DNA from: a virus
Lineage: Duplodnaviria > Caudoviricetes
IMG/VR virus record: IMGVR_UViG_3300006805_000023
Direction: 5' to 3' (one strand)
DNA: 64,000 bases
A model generated the notes under the pieces. The model ran no database searches. It was not told where the DNA came from and saw only the letters and a list, made by a program, of their open reading frames with translations. Shown in pieces: positions 28,010 through 37,223 of the stretch. Within the stretch, counting starts at the first letter, position 1. Every line of letters begins with the position of its first letter. The translations under genes were made by a program, and so were the position numbers.

Positions 28010-28353
28010 TACCTGGACCACGCGGGACGCCGCTTTCGCTGCCACGACTTGTGAACACGCAGCGTAAAGCGGGTCCCTTCTCCATGAAAGCACTTCTTAT
28101 TGGAGACACCAGACAGGTTCATCGGGTATTCCCTGGCCTTCACCTTGTGAGGTTGGAGCACTGCAAACCCGAGGTCGAGAGGCTTTCCGTTAAACACCTT
28201 CTCTTGAAGGTAATCGACCATCACAGCCGCCAGCTTCCTGGCTTCAGTCGCGCTCATGTCGTACTGAAACTGCAAATCCGAAACCAAGAACTTCATGTAG
28301 GTGCGTCGGTACTCGGAGGCAGGAACGACGTCTTTGACAGGCTTGCGTGGCAT
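28006..28353 (-). CDS. HU/IHF-like DNA-binding protein
   Basis: ATEARKLAAVMVDYLQEKVFNGKPLDLGFAVLQPHKVKAREY...TRFTLRVHKSW matches the HU-fold layout; likely start ATG 28353. Confidence 0.55.
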   Translation of the reverse strand: MPRKPVKDVVPASEYRRTYMKFLVSDLQFQYDMSATEARKLAAVMVDYLQEKVFNGKPLDLGFAVLQPHKVKAREYPMNLSGVSNKKCFHGEGTRFTLRVHKSWQRKRRPAWSRY

Positions 28354-28400
28354 AGGCCAACCAAGAAAGCCACAAATTCTCTCCCAGTAGGTATCACAAT

Positions 28401-29048
28401 ATGCCCGAAGCTGCACTGATAACCACAACCGAGTACGATCGGAACAACAAGTCCCTCAGGAACTGGATCACCGCAGTCGAGGGCAAGGTAGACACCCTTA
28501 GGGCGGAGTTTGACCAGTTTAAGGTTGACATCCGGGCCGAACTGGCTACCGCAGTCAGTGGACTCAATCAGCAGCTCATCGGCAACAGGGCCTACACCTA
28601 TCCGCACTCCTTGCCGTTCATCTTCACAGAGCAGGAGATCGCGGTGTCCTTGTGGAACAAATGGACCACGGTTGACCTGAGTTCGTGGTGGACCGCCACC
28701 ACGGTCGCGTTCCCAGCGAAGGCCGTTCGCCTGCAAGTCAGCGCTCGCATCTGGTGGACCGGGCCTCTGCAGTCTGGAGATGATATCCGGTATCTGGATG
28801 TTGATTTTTCCGGTGTGGAAACCAGCACGGCGGTGACGCAAGACAACTATGCGAGGCCTGCCCCGTCACGACGCGTCCGCGTCAGTGGTGTTAAGGACGA
28901 CAGCACCTACGCAGATTCAGTCAGCCAGGAGCTGTTGGTACCGGTCTATTACAAGGACAACAAACCATACATCAGGTACTGGTTCGGGTCTAACGGAGGC
29001 TCCGTCAGCAGACAGGCCTCCATCGCTATCACTGGCTGGAAGTATTAA
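28401..29048 (+). CDS. putative virion structural/fibre-like protein
   Basis: N-terminal coiled coil, beta-rich C-terminus ending IAITGWKY; candidate late promoter upstream. Confidence 0.5.
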   Translation: MPEAALITTTEYDRNNKSLRNWITAVEGKVDTLRAEFDQFKVDIRAELATAVSGLNQQLIGNRAYTYPHSLPFIFTEQEIAVSLWNKWTTVDLSSWWTATTVAFPAKAVRLQVSARIWWTGPLQSGDDIRYLDVDFSGVETSTAVTQDNYARPAPSRRVRVSGVKDDSTYADSVSQELLVPVYYKDNKPYIRYWFGSNGGSVSRQASIAITGWKY

Positions 29049-29350
29049 ACAGCGGCCTTGACGCCGTTGGGCCACAGCACCGTGTAGAACCCCTTCGGGT
29101 TCAGCTTCTTCTCTGGAAGCTGCTTGCCATCGTACAACAGGCCTTCAGCAGAGGCCTTGAACCTGGAGGTGCGCAGGTGACTCACGAACTTGCGCGACTT
29201 GAGCTGCGTGAACCACGGGTGAAACGGGGTCGTAAACACAGCTGGGTCATGGTGATGGAGCACCGACTGACCCTTAGTCAGAGACATGATGGCTTGAATG
29301 TGGCGAGGCGCGGTGTGAGTGTGAAACTCGATGACGGTGACGTTTTTCAT
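29045..29350 (-). CDS. hypothetical protein
   Basis: 101-aa ORF coupled to nuclease gene. Confidence 0.5.
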   Translation of the reverse strand: MKNVTVIEFHTHTAPRHIQAIMSLTKGQSVLHHHDPAVFTTPFHPWFTQLKSRKFVSHLRTSRFKASAEGLLYDGKQLPEKKLNPKGFYTVLWPNGVKAAV

Positions 29351-30384
29351 GATTGAGGGATGGAGGCGTTGCTTAGGCGTTCGAGTGCCTCGTCAACTAG
29401 GTCGGGGCGTCCTTTGGAAGAAAGCCAGCCGCGCACGGCGTCGTCCCAGTTCATCGCGGCTGCTGTGGCGCGCTGCGTCGGCATGGACTCAGGACGCTCA
29501 AGCAGGGGATGAGCCTTGACACCAAGAGTACGAGCAATCGTAGAGACCCGATCAACTTCGTGGGCGGTCGAGCACCTCACCTTGTAATAGCCAGGCTCCA
29601 GCGCGATGGCTTGGTCGAACTGATCAAAAACCAGATAATGAAACTGGTGGCCGGTGGTACGGATCGAGGTAATCACGCCGTTACGGTCCACCTTGATGAA
29701 GCGCTTGACGTCTCCAGACTCGTCGGACGTCACCTGATATGGAGAGCCCAGATAGGTCACTTTGTCGGTGAGCGACTGTGGCTTGTGGAAGTGGCCCAGG
29801 AACACGTGGTCGAACTTGTCTGGGTGGAGGTCCTCGATTCCGAGCGCCCCCTCGAACAAAGACGAGGCCAGCATGGCTCCGGAGACACCCTGGTGGAGGC
29901 ACAGGAAACGCTTTCCGACGTGCTTAGGTCCGAGAGCGGCTACTACGTGCTGCAAGCGCTCCTTGAGCGCGTCCGTGTCGTCCGTGTAGGCAAAGAAGAT
30001 GTACTGGTTGCCGTCGATCTCCAGGATGGCATGGTCGGACACCACGGTAACACTGCCGAGCAGCTCAAAAGGCTTGAGGGCGTGGATGGTGCCGGACCTG
30101 CTGTAGTGGTCATGATTGCCAGCCACCAAAATGAGCTTGACCCCCTTGTCGCGGACCCTGCCGATCCACTCAGAGACAGCGAACATCACTGAGGTGTCCA
30201 CGGCACGTTGGGTCTCAAACAAGTCGCCCAGAACCACGATGGTGTCGCCCTTCTTGGCCGGAGCCAGCACCTGATCGAGGGCGTGAATTCCGTCCTGCAG
30301 CCGGTTGGAAAACCCGGTCGGCAGGAGCGTCCCGAAAGAACTGTGGTTGTGCAGCTGCAGATCTGCTGTTAGGAACACGCTCAT
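29347..30384 (-). CDS. Mre11/SbcD/T4 gp47-like metallophosphoesterase nuclease
   Basis: TADLQLH, LGDLF, AGNHD, CLHQGV, LGHFH motifs. Confidence 0.85.
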   Translation of the reverse strand: MSVFLTADLQLHNHSSFGTLLPTGFSNRLQDGIHALDQVLAPAKKGDTIVVLGDLFETQRAVDTSVMFAVSEWIGRVRDKGVKLILVAGNHDHYSRSGTIHALKPFELLGSVTVVSDHAILEIDGNQYIFFAYTDDTDALKERLQHVVAALGPKHVGKRFLCLHQGVSGAMLASSLFEGALGIEDLHPDKFDHVFLGHFHKPQSLTDKVTYLGSPYQVTSDESGDVKRFIKVDRNGVITSIRTTGHQFHYLVFDQFDQAIALEPGYYKVRCSTAHEVDRVSTIARTLGVKAHPLLERPESMPTQRATAAAMNWDDAVRGWLSSKGRPDLVDEALERLSNASIPQS

Positions 30385-30698
30385 TCTCTGATGGGCTCTC
30401 CTGGGCTTGATGGAGCAACGCCAGCTGGGAGGATGTTGATGAACTCCGGAAGGGTGAACTTAAGAAGTTCCTCGTTAACCTGCTCGACCTTCATAGGGAG
30501 CTGGGTAGGTACAAAGTCAGAGACCTTGACGACCAAGCTGGGTGAGTCGAGCTTCAGCATGGCACAACGAAGGGCCGACGAGAGGTACTGGACTTCATGA
30601 TCACGACCTTCGGCTTCACCGAGTCGGCGCAGCAGGGCGACCTTGAGGGAGTCACTGAGGTTGCTATTGACGATCTCTTGCACGTCTTTATTCATCAT
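30381..30698 (-). CDS. hypothetical protein
   Basis: 105-aa ORF coupled to nuclease gene. Confidence 0.5.
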   Translation of the reverse strand: MMNKDVQEIVNSNLSDSLKVALLRRLGEAEGRDHEVQYLSSALRCAMLKLDSPSLVVKVSDFVPTQLPMKVEQVNEELLKFTLPEFINILPAGVAPSSPGEPIRE

Positions 30699-30721
30699 AG
30701 ACCGGGCAAGAAAGCAGATTC

Positions 30722-30910
30722 TCAGCCTGTCGAGCGAATAAACTCGACGACGCTGTCCGGTATGTCGTCCACGTCCGGATAGGACTTGGAACGAGCCCGG
30801 TGCGTCTGGATGTACCAGCCCTTGTCGTCGCGTTTGAGCCCGACCCCGTCGAGGCGCTCCGGCTTGAGCGCTTCAAACAGAGCTGATAGGGTGCGCAGGA
30901 CTGAGGTCAT
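30722..30910 (-). CDS. small hypothetical protein
   Basis: 62 aa; GWYIQTHRARSKSYPDVDDIPDSVVEFIRSTG resembles a common small phage protein family. Confidence 0.55.
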   Translation of the reverse strand: MTSVLRTLSALFEALKPERLDGVGLKRDDKGWYIQTHRARSKSYPDVDDIPDSVVEFIRSTG

Positions 30911-30919
30911 CCCCGATAG

Positions 30920-31207
30920 TTAGGGCTTCACCAGCCACTCAAACCGCAGGTGGTTGTCGCCACACAGCACGGGCTCCCAGCCAGCGTCCTTGATCATGCT
31001 GCGGACGCGGCTGAACAGGCACCCCTGGTGACTACCGTCTGGGCTCTTCGGCCAAGTCTTCAAGGCCCTGCCGTCGTAGTGGACGGAGGCATGAATCACT
31101 TTTCCGGGGAGCTCAACTAGGGTTGTGCCTAGGATGAAATCAAGGGCCTCCAGCTTCTCAATAAGCTTGAGGAGCCCCACGTTTCGGTTTCTCAGTGTAC
31201 ATTCCAC
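30920..31207 (-). CDS. hypothetical protein
   Basis: 95-aa ORF in co-directional run. Confidence 0.4.
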   Translation of the reverse strand: MECTLRNRNVGLLKLIEKLEALDFILGTTLVELPGKVIHASVHYDGRALKTWPKSPDGSHQGCLFSRVRSMIKDAGWEPVLCGDNHLRFEWLVKP

Positions 31208-32297
31208 GGGCTGAAGTAGTTGTGTCGATGGTGACGCTCTCGATGGCCTGATCGAAGTCGGCCATTGGGAAGGCCTTGAGGGCCGAGTCTGGGTTGCAGT
31301 TGAAGACCTCGAATCCGACCTTCAAGAAATACTCCTGCAACTGGGTGAAGCGGTTGATCAGAAGCCCGTAGGAACTGTTGTTGCCCTTGATGGCACCCGT
31401 GGTGCGCTCTTCGTCAAAGAAGTACTTGGCGGTCTCAGACATGTTGAAGTCGCAGCCAAGAAGGTAGAGCTTCTTGAAGCCGAGCAGATGGATGATCCGG
31501 ACAGCTGACAGCATGCAGGAACGACCGCCACCAAGGTCGGAGTGATTGCCCCAGTTGATGGTCTGCTCACTCAGGTACTGGGCAGCGAGGAAGCGCTCGT
31601 TGCGGCGGAAGCCGATCACGTTCGGGTGCTGCCACACCTGTGGCCCTTCTTGGTTGGTCTGAGGATTCCAGGTCGGCTTGGAGAAATGCGAGTATGGAAT
31701 GAACTTCATGATGTTCGGGTTACGCCAGATCTCCGGCATAAACCGGGTCGGGTCGTCCACACAAGTCCACATGTTGGGAGTAAGGCTGTGACCACCGTTG
31801 TTGACGCCGAATAACACGACGCCGGTCTGCTTGAGCTTGAGCTTGTCGATTTTGTTGAGGCTTGGCCCGTTGAGTGCCAGGAAGCAGGTCTGACCACGGT
31901 ACAACCCGAGGAGGTCGATCGGAGCCCCGTCGTGCCGGAAGAACATCGGAGTGCCACGCATGGCGTCCGGCTCAGGCAGCTTGCCAATACCACGTTGACC
32001 ACCACACCAGTTGTGCTCGTTGCGGTCGGCCTTGTCCACAAAGTCATCATGAGCACGGCGCATGGCCTTAACGGGGTCGCGCATCAACACCTCAACTCGC
32101 ACGCAGTCGGCACGTTGCTCTGGCGTTACCAGTTCCTCTTTGAAGAGCTTGAAGTCGATGTGACTGCCGTTCTTCATGAACAACCTGACATCGGGCTGCT
32201 TGATGACCGCAACGTTGGCGACGACGGCGTCTAGTTCGCCGGACCCCCAGTTGACGTCGCTAAACTTCAGTGATAGAGTCTCGTAGGTCTTCTTCAT
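31158..32297 (-). CDS. Maf/DUF115 (CstII/GT42-like) glycosyltransferase-family protein
   Basis: CFLALNGPSL, FGVNN, SCMLSAVRIIHLLGFKKLYLLGCDF, VFNCNPDSALKAFP motifs; likely start ATG 32297 (track start overlaps the divergent gene). Confidence 0.65.
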   Translation of the reverse strand: MKKTYETLSLKFSDVNWGSGELDAVVANVAVIKQPDVRLFMKNGSHIDFKLFKEELVTPEQRADCVRVEVLMRDPVKAMRRAHDDFVDKADRNEHNWCGGQRGIGKLPEPDAMRGTPMFFRHDGAPIDLLGLYRGQTCFLALNGPSLNKIDKLKLKQTGVVLFGVNNGGHSLTPNMWTCVDDPTRFMPEIWRNPNIMKFIPYSHFSKPTWNPQTNQEGPQVWQHPNVIGFRRNERFLAAQYLSEQTINWGNHSDLGGGRSCMLSAVRIIHLLGFKKLYLLGCDFNMSETAKYFFDEERTTGAIKGNNSSYGLLINRFTQLQEYFLKVGFEVFNCNPDSALKAFPMADFDQAIESVTIDTTTSARGMYTEKPKRGAPQAY

Positions 32298-32339
32298 AGA
32301 TTGGATGAGCTGAGTTAGAAATCTACGTATTTGACCAGT

Positions 32340-32819
32340 ATGGTCAAGATCACCCCCACCCTCCTCGAATCCAGGCTCCTGATTGAAGCGATCACCGGAG
32401 AAAAGCTGTTCGACAGTCTTGCCTTTTCTTACGAGACCAGCCGTGGCGGCGGTGCCTTTGCACAGGAACTTAACGGCTTGAGTCCAAACGACACCCGAAT
32501 GATCCTCGATTTCATGAAAGAGGCTGGGTATGACGTGAGGCTCCCAGAAACGGGTGCTACTCCGCACGCGATCAAACGCGCTATCACAACCGCTGTGGCG
32601 TCCTCTTCTTCGTCCTCGTCCAGCTCAGCGAGCCGGTCCGAAGGTTTCGGCACTCACGAAGAGGACGAGGACGAGGAGGATGAGACCGGCGTCATCAAGG
32701 ATGACGAGTCCGGCATCAGTGTCAGGCGCGAGCGCCCGATGAAAGACGACCCCGCTGCGAGCGAGCTGGCCCTTGCCAGAACTCTTGGACATCGCAGCGA
32801 GACCGGCGAAGAGGACTAA
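32340..32819 (+). CDS. acidic hypothetical protein with 9-Ser run
   Basis: ORF 32331..32819; Ser run 32601-32627; N-terminal LLES/LIEA motifs. Confidence 0.55.
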   Translation: MVKITPTLLESRLLIEAITGEKLFDSLAFSYETSRGGGAFAQELNGLSPNDTRMILDFMKEAGYDVRLPETGATPHAIKRAITTAVASSSSSSSSSASRSEGFGTHEEDEDEEDETGVIKDDESGISVRRERPMKDDPAASELALARTLGHRSETGEED

Positions 32820-33262
32820 GCTCCCGGCTTCTTGTCAGCACGATCCTTGGCGGCAGCATCAGAGTACTTGCCCTTGTAGCGCTTCTCCAACTTGGCTTTG
32901 TTGTGCGCCTGGACGCTCGCATGAGTGTAACCGAAGTGGTTCATGAGACCCTGCAGGAAGAAGCTGATGTCGCCCAGCTCCTCCAGGATCGTCTCACCGA
33001 TCGTCGCGCCAGTCTGCTCACACATCACGGTGTCCAGTGGCTGGTTGTAGATGGTGTGCTTCTTGATGGCGTCGAGGAGTTCACCAGAGGCTTCTCCGGC
33101 GATGCCGAAGACCATGCGGATGAGGTTCACCTTGTCAGCCGTGAGGGTAGCCAAGATGGCCTCAGGCGGCTTGATCAGGTCGCCCACGAACTTGGCGTAG
33201 GGGATTGCATTGACGTCCAGTTCGGGAACTGGGGTTGCGGGTGCGGATGTGTTTTGGTCCAT
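32816..33262 (-). CDS. mazG: MazG-like nucleotide pyrophosphohydrolase
   Basis: GIAGEASGELLDAIKK...EELGDISFF...NKAKLEKRY. Confidence 0.85.
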   Translation of the reverse strand: MDQNTSAPATPVPELDVNAIPYAKFVGDLIKPPEAILATLTADKVNLIRMVFGIAGEASGELLDAIKKHTIYNQPLDTVMCEQTGATIGETILEELGDISFFLQGLMNHFGYTHASVQAHNKAKLEKRYKGKYSDAAAKDRADKKPGA

Positions 33263-33274
33263 CCGCTCCAGAAA

Positions 33275-33631
33275 TCACGCGATCTTGATCACCAGACGGG
33301 CTTCGATGATGGTGATCCTGACTCCCTCTGGCTCCTCGTTCGTGCGAGCAATTCCGGTCATCAGGAATACACCTTCGTCAGTGCTGATAACAAGGTTGTG
33401 CTCCGGGCCAAACTCGATCCGATCGAAAAAGCGATCGGTCTCGTGCGTGCGACGCACAAAATACTTCGCCCCGAGAGCACGCTGGGTGACAGCTGGTTCA
33501 TCCTGGCCGTCGATCGGGATCGTATGGGGTGCGAATTCGGCCTCAATGTTGCCCATAGCTGTGCAGGAACCATTGTCCGCGACGAAGCCAAGGCGTTGAT
33601 AAGGAAGGGCCGGTTTGGTTGTGTTCTCCAT
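33275..33631 (-). CDS. hypothetical protein
   Basis: ORF 33275..33637, likely ATG 33631. Confidence 0.5.
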   Translation of the reverse strand: MENTTKPALPYQRLGFVADNGSCTAMGNIEAEFAPHTIPIDGQDEPAVTQRALGAKYFVRRTHETDRFFDRIEFGPEHNLVISTDEGVFLMTGIARTNEEPEGVRITIIEARLVIKIA

Positions 33632-33643
33632 AACCACTAGAAA

Positions 33644-33859
33644 TCAGACAACGGCTGTGAGGCGTGCAACTGAAAACACTAGCTTGCCTTTGCTGCCTCC
33701 AAGGAGAGCGATCGGGTCACCAGCGTTGCAGCCAATGGAGGCTATGTTGTCGTGGGAGGGAACAGCAGGACGGGCCACCAAGACTTTGCGTCGCGGACCT
33801 TTGCCATCGACTTTGACGAGGGTTCCAACGAGGGACTTGAGAGGGGAGGGAGCGGTCAT
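33644..33859 (-). CDS. small hypothetical protein (leaderless early gene)
   Basis: ATG 33859 lies 5 nt downstream of a consensus -10. Confidence 0.5.
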   Translation of the reverse strand: MTAPSPLKSLVGTLVKVDGKGPRRKVLVARPAVPSHDNIASIGCNAGDPIALLGGSKGKLVFSVARLTAVV

Positions 33860-33864
33860 TCCAA

Positions 33865-33893
33865 AAGCTAACACAGGAGCTGGTGCTTGTCAA
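33865..33893 (-). promoter_or_regulatory. sigma70-type (early) promoter
   Basis: TTGACA-agcaccagctcctgtgt-TAGCTT, 17-nt spacer, TGn extension. Confidence 0.65.
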
Positions 33894-33916
33894 GCCCTCC
33901 CCGAGTTGGGGAGGGC
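33894..33916 (-). terminator. hairpin downstream of tail sheath gene
   Basis: GCCCTCCCC/GGGGAGGGC 9-bp stem, weak U-tract. Confidence 0.5.
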
Positions 33917-33934
33917 GGCCAGCCCTGATAAGCT

Positions 33935-36316
33935 CTAAGCCTGGACGGTGGAGCCCTGAACGTCGCGAGCGATGAACTGCTCGACGTCGGCACCGCTTGG
34001 CAGGAGCGTGAAGTCGATCTCGAACGCCTCGGCGGACTTGGTCGGAATCACGTACACCTTGGCTTTGGCAAGGTTCTGATTGCGGACGTCCGGTGTGTTG
34101 GTGTCGGCGTCGCACTTGAGCTGGAACCACTCGATAGCTTCCTGCTGCTTGCGCGTCCGGAAGGCAGGTTCCACGATGTTGAGCCAGTCTTCCCACATCG
34201 TCGGGCCGTTCTGTTCGAAGTTCAGACGGCGGGAAGCCTGACGGACGACTTTGATGAGGTCGAACATCATGCGGCGAACGTTGATGCGGTCCAGCGAGGA
34301 CGCGAAGCGCTGCAGAGTGCGCTGGCCGTAAACCACGACGCCGGTGTCGTTGAACGACGCGATGGCGTTGAGGGCGTTGCCGTTGCCGGGGCCGTACATC
34401 GCGTTGCGATCCTCTTCGGTGGTCGCGTATTCGACAGCCAGGGCGTTTGGCACCTGACCGCGCTGCTCACCAGCTGGGGCGGTCCAGACCTTGCCAACCG
34501 AGTCGTTGTAGGCGAAGACGCCGGGAACGAAGGTGGTAGGCGGCATCCAGAGGTTCTTCTTGGAGTAAGGGTCGTAAACCTTGACCCACGGCCAGTAAAG
34601 GGCGGCCATGTTGGTCGCGAAGGCAGTGTGAAGGCCGGTGTACTCGCCGGTGCCGTTGTGCCAGTCGATGACCTGCTGGAGCGACAGGCCGAATGGCGTG
34701 TCATAGATGCCGAAGCAATCGTAGCGCTTCAGAAGGATCTGAGTGACCTCGTCCAGAACGGCTGCCAGAGTAACTCCAGGAACCGCCAAGATGTTGATGT
34801 CATAGAGATCGACGCGGCGGAAGTGCTGCAGACCAGTGTAGGTGCTGTTCGAGATAGTGCCGATGTACTCGGCGCTCGAAGGATTGGAGCCGTTGTAGCC
34901 CTTGGCGTTGTCGAACACCTGCTGGGACGCCTGAGCGTTGTCGGAGGTGCGGATGGAAGTCTGAGCCCCCATCAAGAAGCGCGGGTTGTTGGGGTGACGA
35001 ACGCGATCGTAGGAGTTTATGGGCTGCTCACCATTGGCACCCAAGTAAGTCGCTGTGACGTATTGGGAGATTGGGTTGGCCTCAGTGCCGACCACTGTGT
35101 CCCAGAAGTTCGGGCTGGCGGGATCGTAGCCGATCACGTTGTCGAACACTTCAACCTGAACACCACGGAACAGGATGCGGACGCGCTTGGTAAGGACTCC
35201 GACTGGGCTCCAGGCGCTGGAGGTGGTCGTCACCGCCGTGCAACGGTAAACAACGCCGAAGCGGTGGCCGGTCGTGGACTCCACGAAGCCGGTTTCGGTT
35301 CCAGGAGTGATCGTGCCAGCGTAGCCGGACACCACAATCGAGGTGCCGTTCGGGATGGCCGTAACTGAGTAGTTGCCGTCGTAAACGGAAGTGCCGGACA
35401 CCTCAATGGTGTCGGCGACCTTGAACTCGGAGCTGTTGGAGACGTTCAGGACCAGACTGCCGGAGCTGTTGGCAACACTGGTGATCGTAGCAGCCGCTGA
35501 GTCGAAGTTAACACCACGAGTCTCGCCAACGCGCACGCCATTGGTGGAGTTGAGAGCGAGCAGATCGAATTTGGTGTCCTTCGAAGGCGCAGCTGGCATG
35601 ACGCCCTGCAGGGGGATACCCTGGCTGGTAATGACGTTGCCCTGAGCATCGAGGTTGGCGAACTGGCCACCGTCTTCGATCAGGACTTCAATGCCCTGGG
35701 AAGATCCGAAGTTGGCGAAGTCGCCAGGATAACGAGCGCGGAACGACAGCAACGGGGTGACCTGACCGTGATGACGGCTCATGACGAACACCTCAGCCGG
35801 AGCTGCGGCGGAGTCATCAGAAGAGTCGATGCGGACGTCGCTGGTGTCCGTGTAGATGTCGAGCAGCTTACTTGCGAAGGTGATGACGAGGCCGGTGATG
35901 TCCGTGATCTGCAGGTTCTGGCTGGTGACCCGGCCAGTCTGGGTGATCTTGACGAAGTCGCCAACGTTGAGGCCATGACCGGTCTGAACGTTGATCGAGA
36001 AGATGTCGCCAGAGGCCTCAGCCTCGCCCATGGAGTCAAACAGAGCGGTTTCCTCGGTGTACACCTTGGCAACGCGGCAGTACCACACCTTCTGACCACG
36101 GCGCAGGAAGTTGATCGCGGCGTGCGGACCGAAGGAGTTGGCAGAGGGCTCGCCAAAGACTCTCAAGAACTGATCAGGAGAGGTGAGCAGGGTGGGCTTG
36201 TTGAGGGGGCCGCGTGCTGCCACGCCGACAAGGGCGAAGATGGTCGTGGCCTGACCGGCGATGTAATCGCTAAAGTCGCGTTCGTTGATGTAAACTCCGG
36301 GGCTAAGGGGCGTCAT
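33935..36316 (-). CDS. tail sheath protein
   Basis: SPGVYINERDFS, GVAARGPLNKP, ALYWPWVKV, VWTAPAG, YGQRTL...LDRINVRR, IPTKSAEAFEIDF. Confidence 0.95.
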   Translation of the reverse strand: MTPLSPGVYINERDFSDYIAGQATTIFALVGVAARGPLNKPTLLTSPDQFLRVFGEPSANSFGPHAAINFLRRGQKVWYCRVAKVYTEETALFDSMGEAEASGDIFSINVQTGHGLNVGDFVKITQTGRVTSQNLQITDITGLVITFASKLLDIYTDTSDVRIDSSDDSAAAPAEVFVMSRHHGQVTPLLSFRARYPGDFANFGSSQGIEVLIEDGGQFANLDAQGNVITSQGIPLQGVMPAAPSKDTKFDLLALNSTNGVRVGETRGVNFDSAAATITSVANSSGSLVLNVSNSSEFKVADTIEVSGTSVYDGNYSVTAIPNGTSIVVSGYAGTITPGTETGFVESTTGHRFGVVYRCTAVTTTSSAWSPVGVLTKRVRILFRGVQVEVFDNVIGYDPASPNFWDTVVGTEANPISQYVTATYLGANGEQPINSYDRVRHPNNPRFLMGAQTSIRTSDNAQASQQVFDNAKGYNGSNPSSAEYIGTISNSTYTGLQHFRRVDLYDINILAVPGVTLAAVLDEVTQILLKRYDCFGIYDTPFGLSLQQVIDWHNGTGEYTGLHTAFATNMAALYWPWVKVYDPYSKKNLWMPPTTFVPGVFAYNDSVGKVWTAPAGEQRGQVPNALAVEYATTEEDRNAMYGPGNGNALNAIASFNDTGVVVYGQRTLQRFASSLDRINVRRMMFDLIKVVRQASRRLNFEQNGPTMWEDWLNIVEPAFRTRKQQEAIEWFQLKCDADTNTPDVRNQNLAKAKVYVIPTKSAEAFEIDFTLLPSGADVEQFIARDVQGSTVQA

Positions 36317-36350
36317 GATGTGTTAGAAGGGGTCTTGGATAGGTAGGGAG

Positions 36351-36926
36351 CTAGCAGCGGATGGACCAAATGAAACTCAGCGAAAGGTCTGACGTCTTGA
36401 CGATAGGGACCAGAGCCTTGCGGGCAAATAGGCCGCCACCAGCAGTCCACAGCCCCATCTCACGCAAGGTGTAACCGTTGCACTCGTCGGGGCCGAGCAG
36501 ACACTCGAACCGAGTGACGAACGGTACCGGCCAGTCCACTGAAGTGATCGCCTTGCGGCGGTTCGTGCCGTCATACTTGATCTCGTTCTCACCACCGGCG
36601 GTTGCTCCAGGTTGAGGGGACAGGGTAGTGTCAGTGAAACGTGGAGCCTCGTCGTAGGTGCCCCAGCTCACGCTGGTAATCACCATGTTGGAAGTGCCGA
36701 GGTCCTTGCCGCCGATCAGATAAGCCAGAGCCTGCCTGCCGTTGTTGACCACCATGTTGCGCGACAGATCAAGCCTGCCGTCTTCAAAACGGGGAAGCTG
36801 ATGGCGTGCAAAGTCAGGGTCGGCGAAGGCCTGATACGGATCAACTACCGGATTACCGGAGCGGTCCAGGACCAGCAACGAAACGTCGCCGCGCACCTCG
36901 ACAGTGTCTGTCAGGAGGCTGCTCAC
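36351..36926 (-). CDS. baseplate/tail-collar structural protein
   Basis: NMVVNNGRQALAYL...NGYTLREMGL...LFARK...KTSDLSLSFIWSI. Confidence 0.65.
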   Translation of the reverse strand: MSSLLTDTVEVRGDVSLLVLDRSGNPVVDPYQAFADPDFARHQLPRFEDGRLDLSRNMVVNNGRQALAYLIGGKDLGTSNMVITSVSWGTYDEAPRFTDTTLSPQPGATAGGENEIKYDGTNRRKAITSVDWPVPFVTRFECLLGPDECNGYTLREMGLWTAGGGLFARKALVPIVKTSDLSLSFIWSIRC

Positions 36927-36928
36927 GT

Positions 36929-37174
36929 TTAGAGGATTCCGGATGGGAGGGACATCAGCTGCTGGGAGGAGAGCTTCTTGCGGAGCTTCTTCTTGTCAGC
37001 TGGGCTCAGGATCAGGTTCAGACGCTTGAAGTCGTTGATGCGAAGCCCCTTGATGTCGTGGTCACTGGGAACGCAGCTGGTGGCAATGGTTTCAACCAGA
37101 CGATCAACACCCTCGTGAAAGGCGCGACGGTTGCTGATCCTCTTGGTGGTGGCTTTAGGGCGTGGGCGGCTCAT
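36929..37174 (-). CDS. small basic hypothetical protein
   Basis: 81 aa, Lys/Arg-rich; candidate late promoter upstream. Confidence 0.5.
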   Translation of the reverse strand: MSRPRPKATTKRISNRRAFHEGVDRLVETIATSCVPSDHDIKGLRINDFKRLNLILSPADKKKLRKKLSSQQLMSLPSGIL

Positions 37175-37223
37175 TAGAACTATACTTAGACCCCGACTTC
37201 GAACCGGCCTAGATATTGCCTAC

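Noticed and set aside
32298-32567. N-terminal extension of the glycosyltransferase ORF in the track
   Set aside because: It overlaps the divergent 32340..32819 gene; ATG 32297 gives a clean divergent arrangement.
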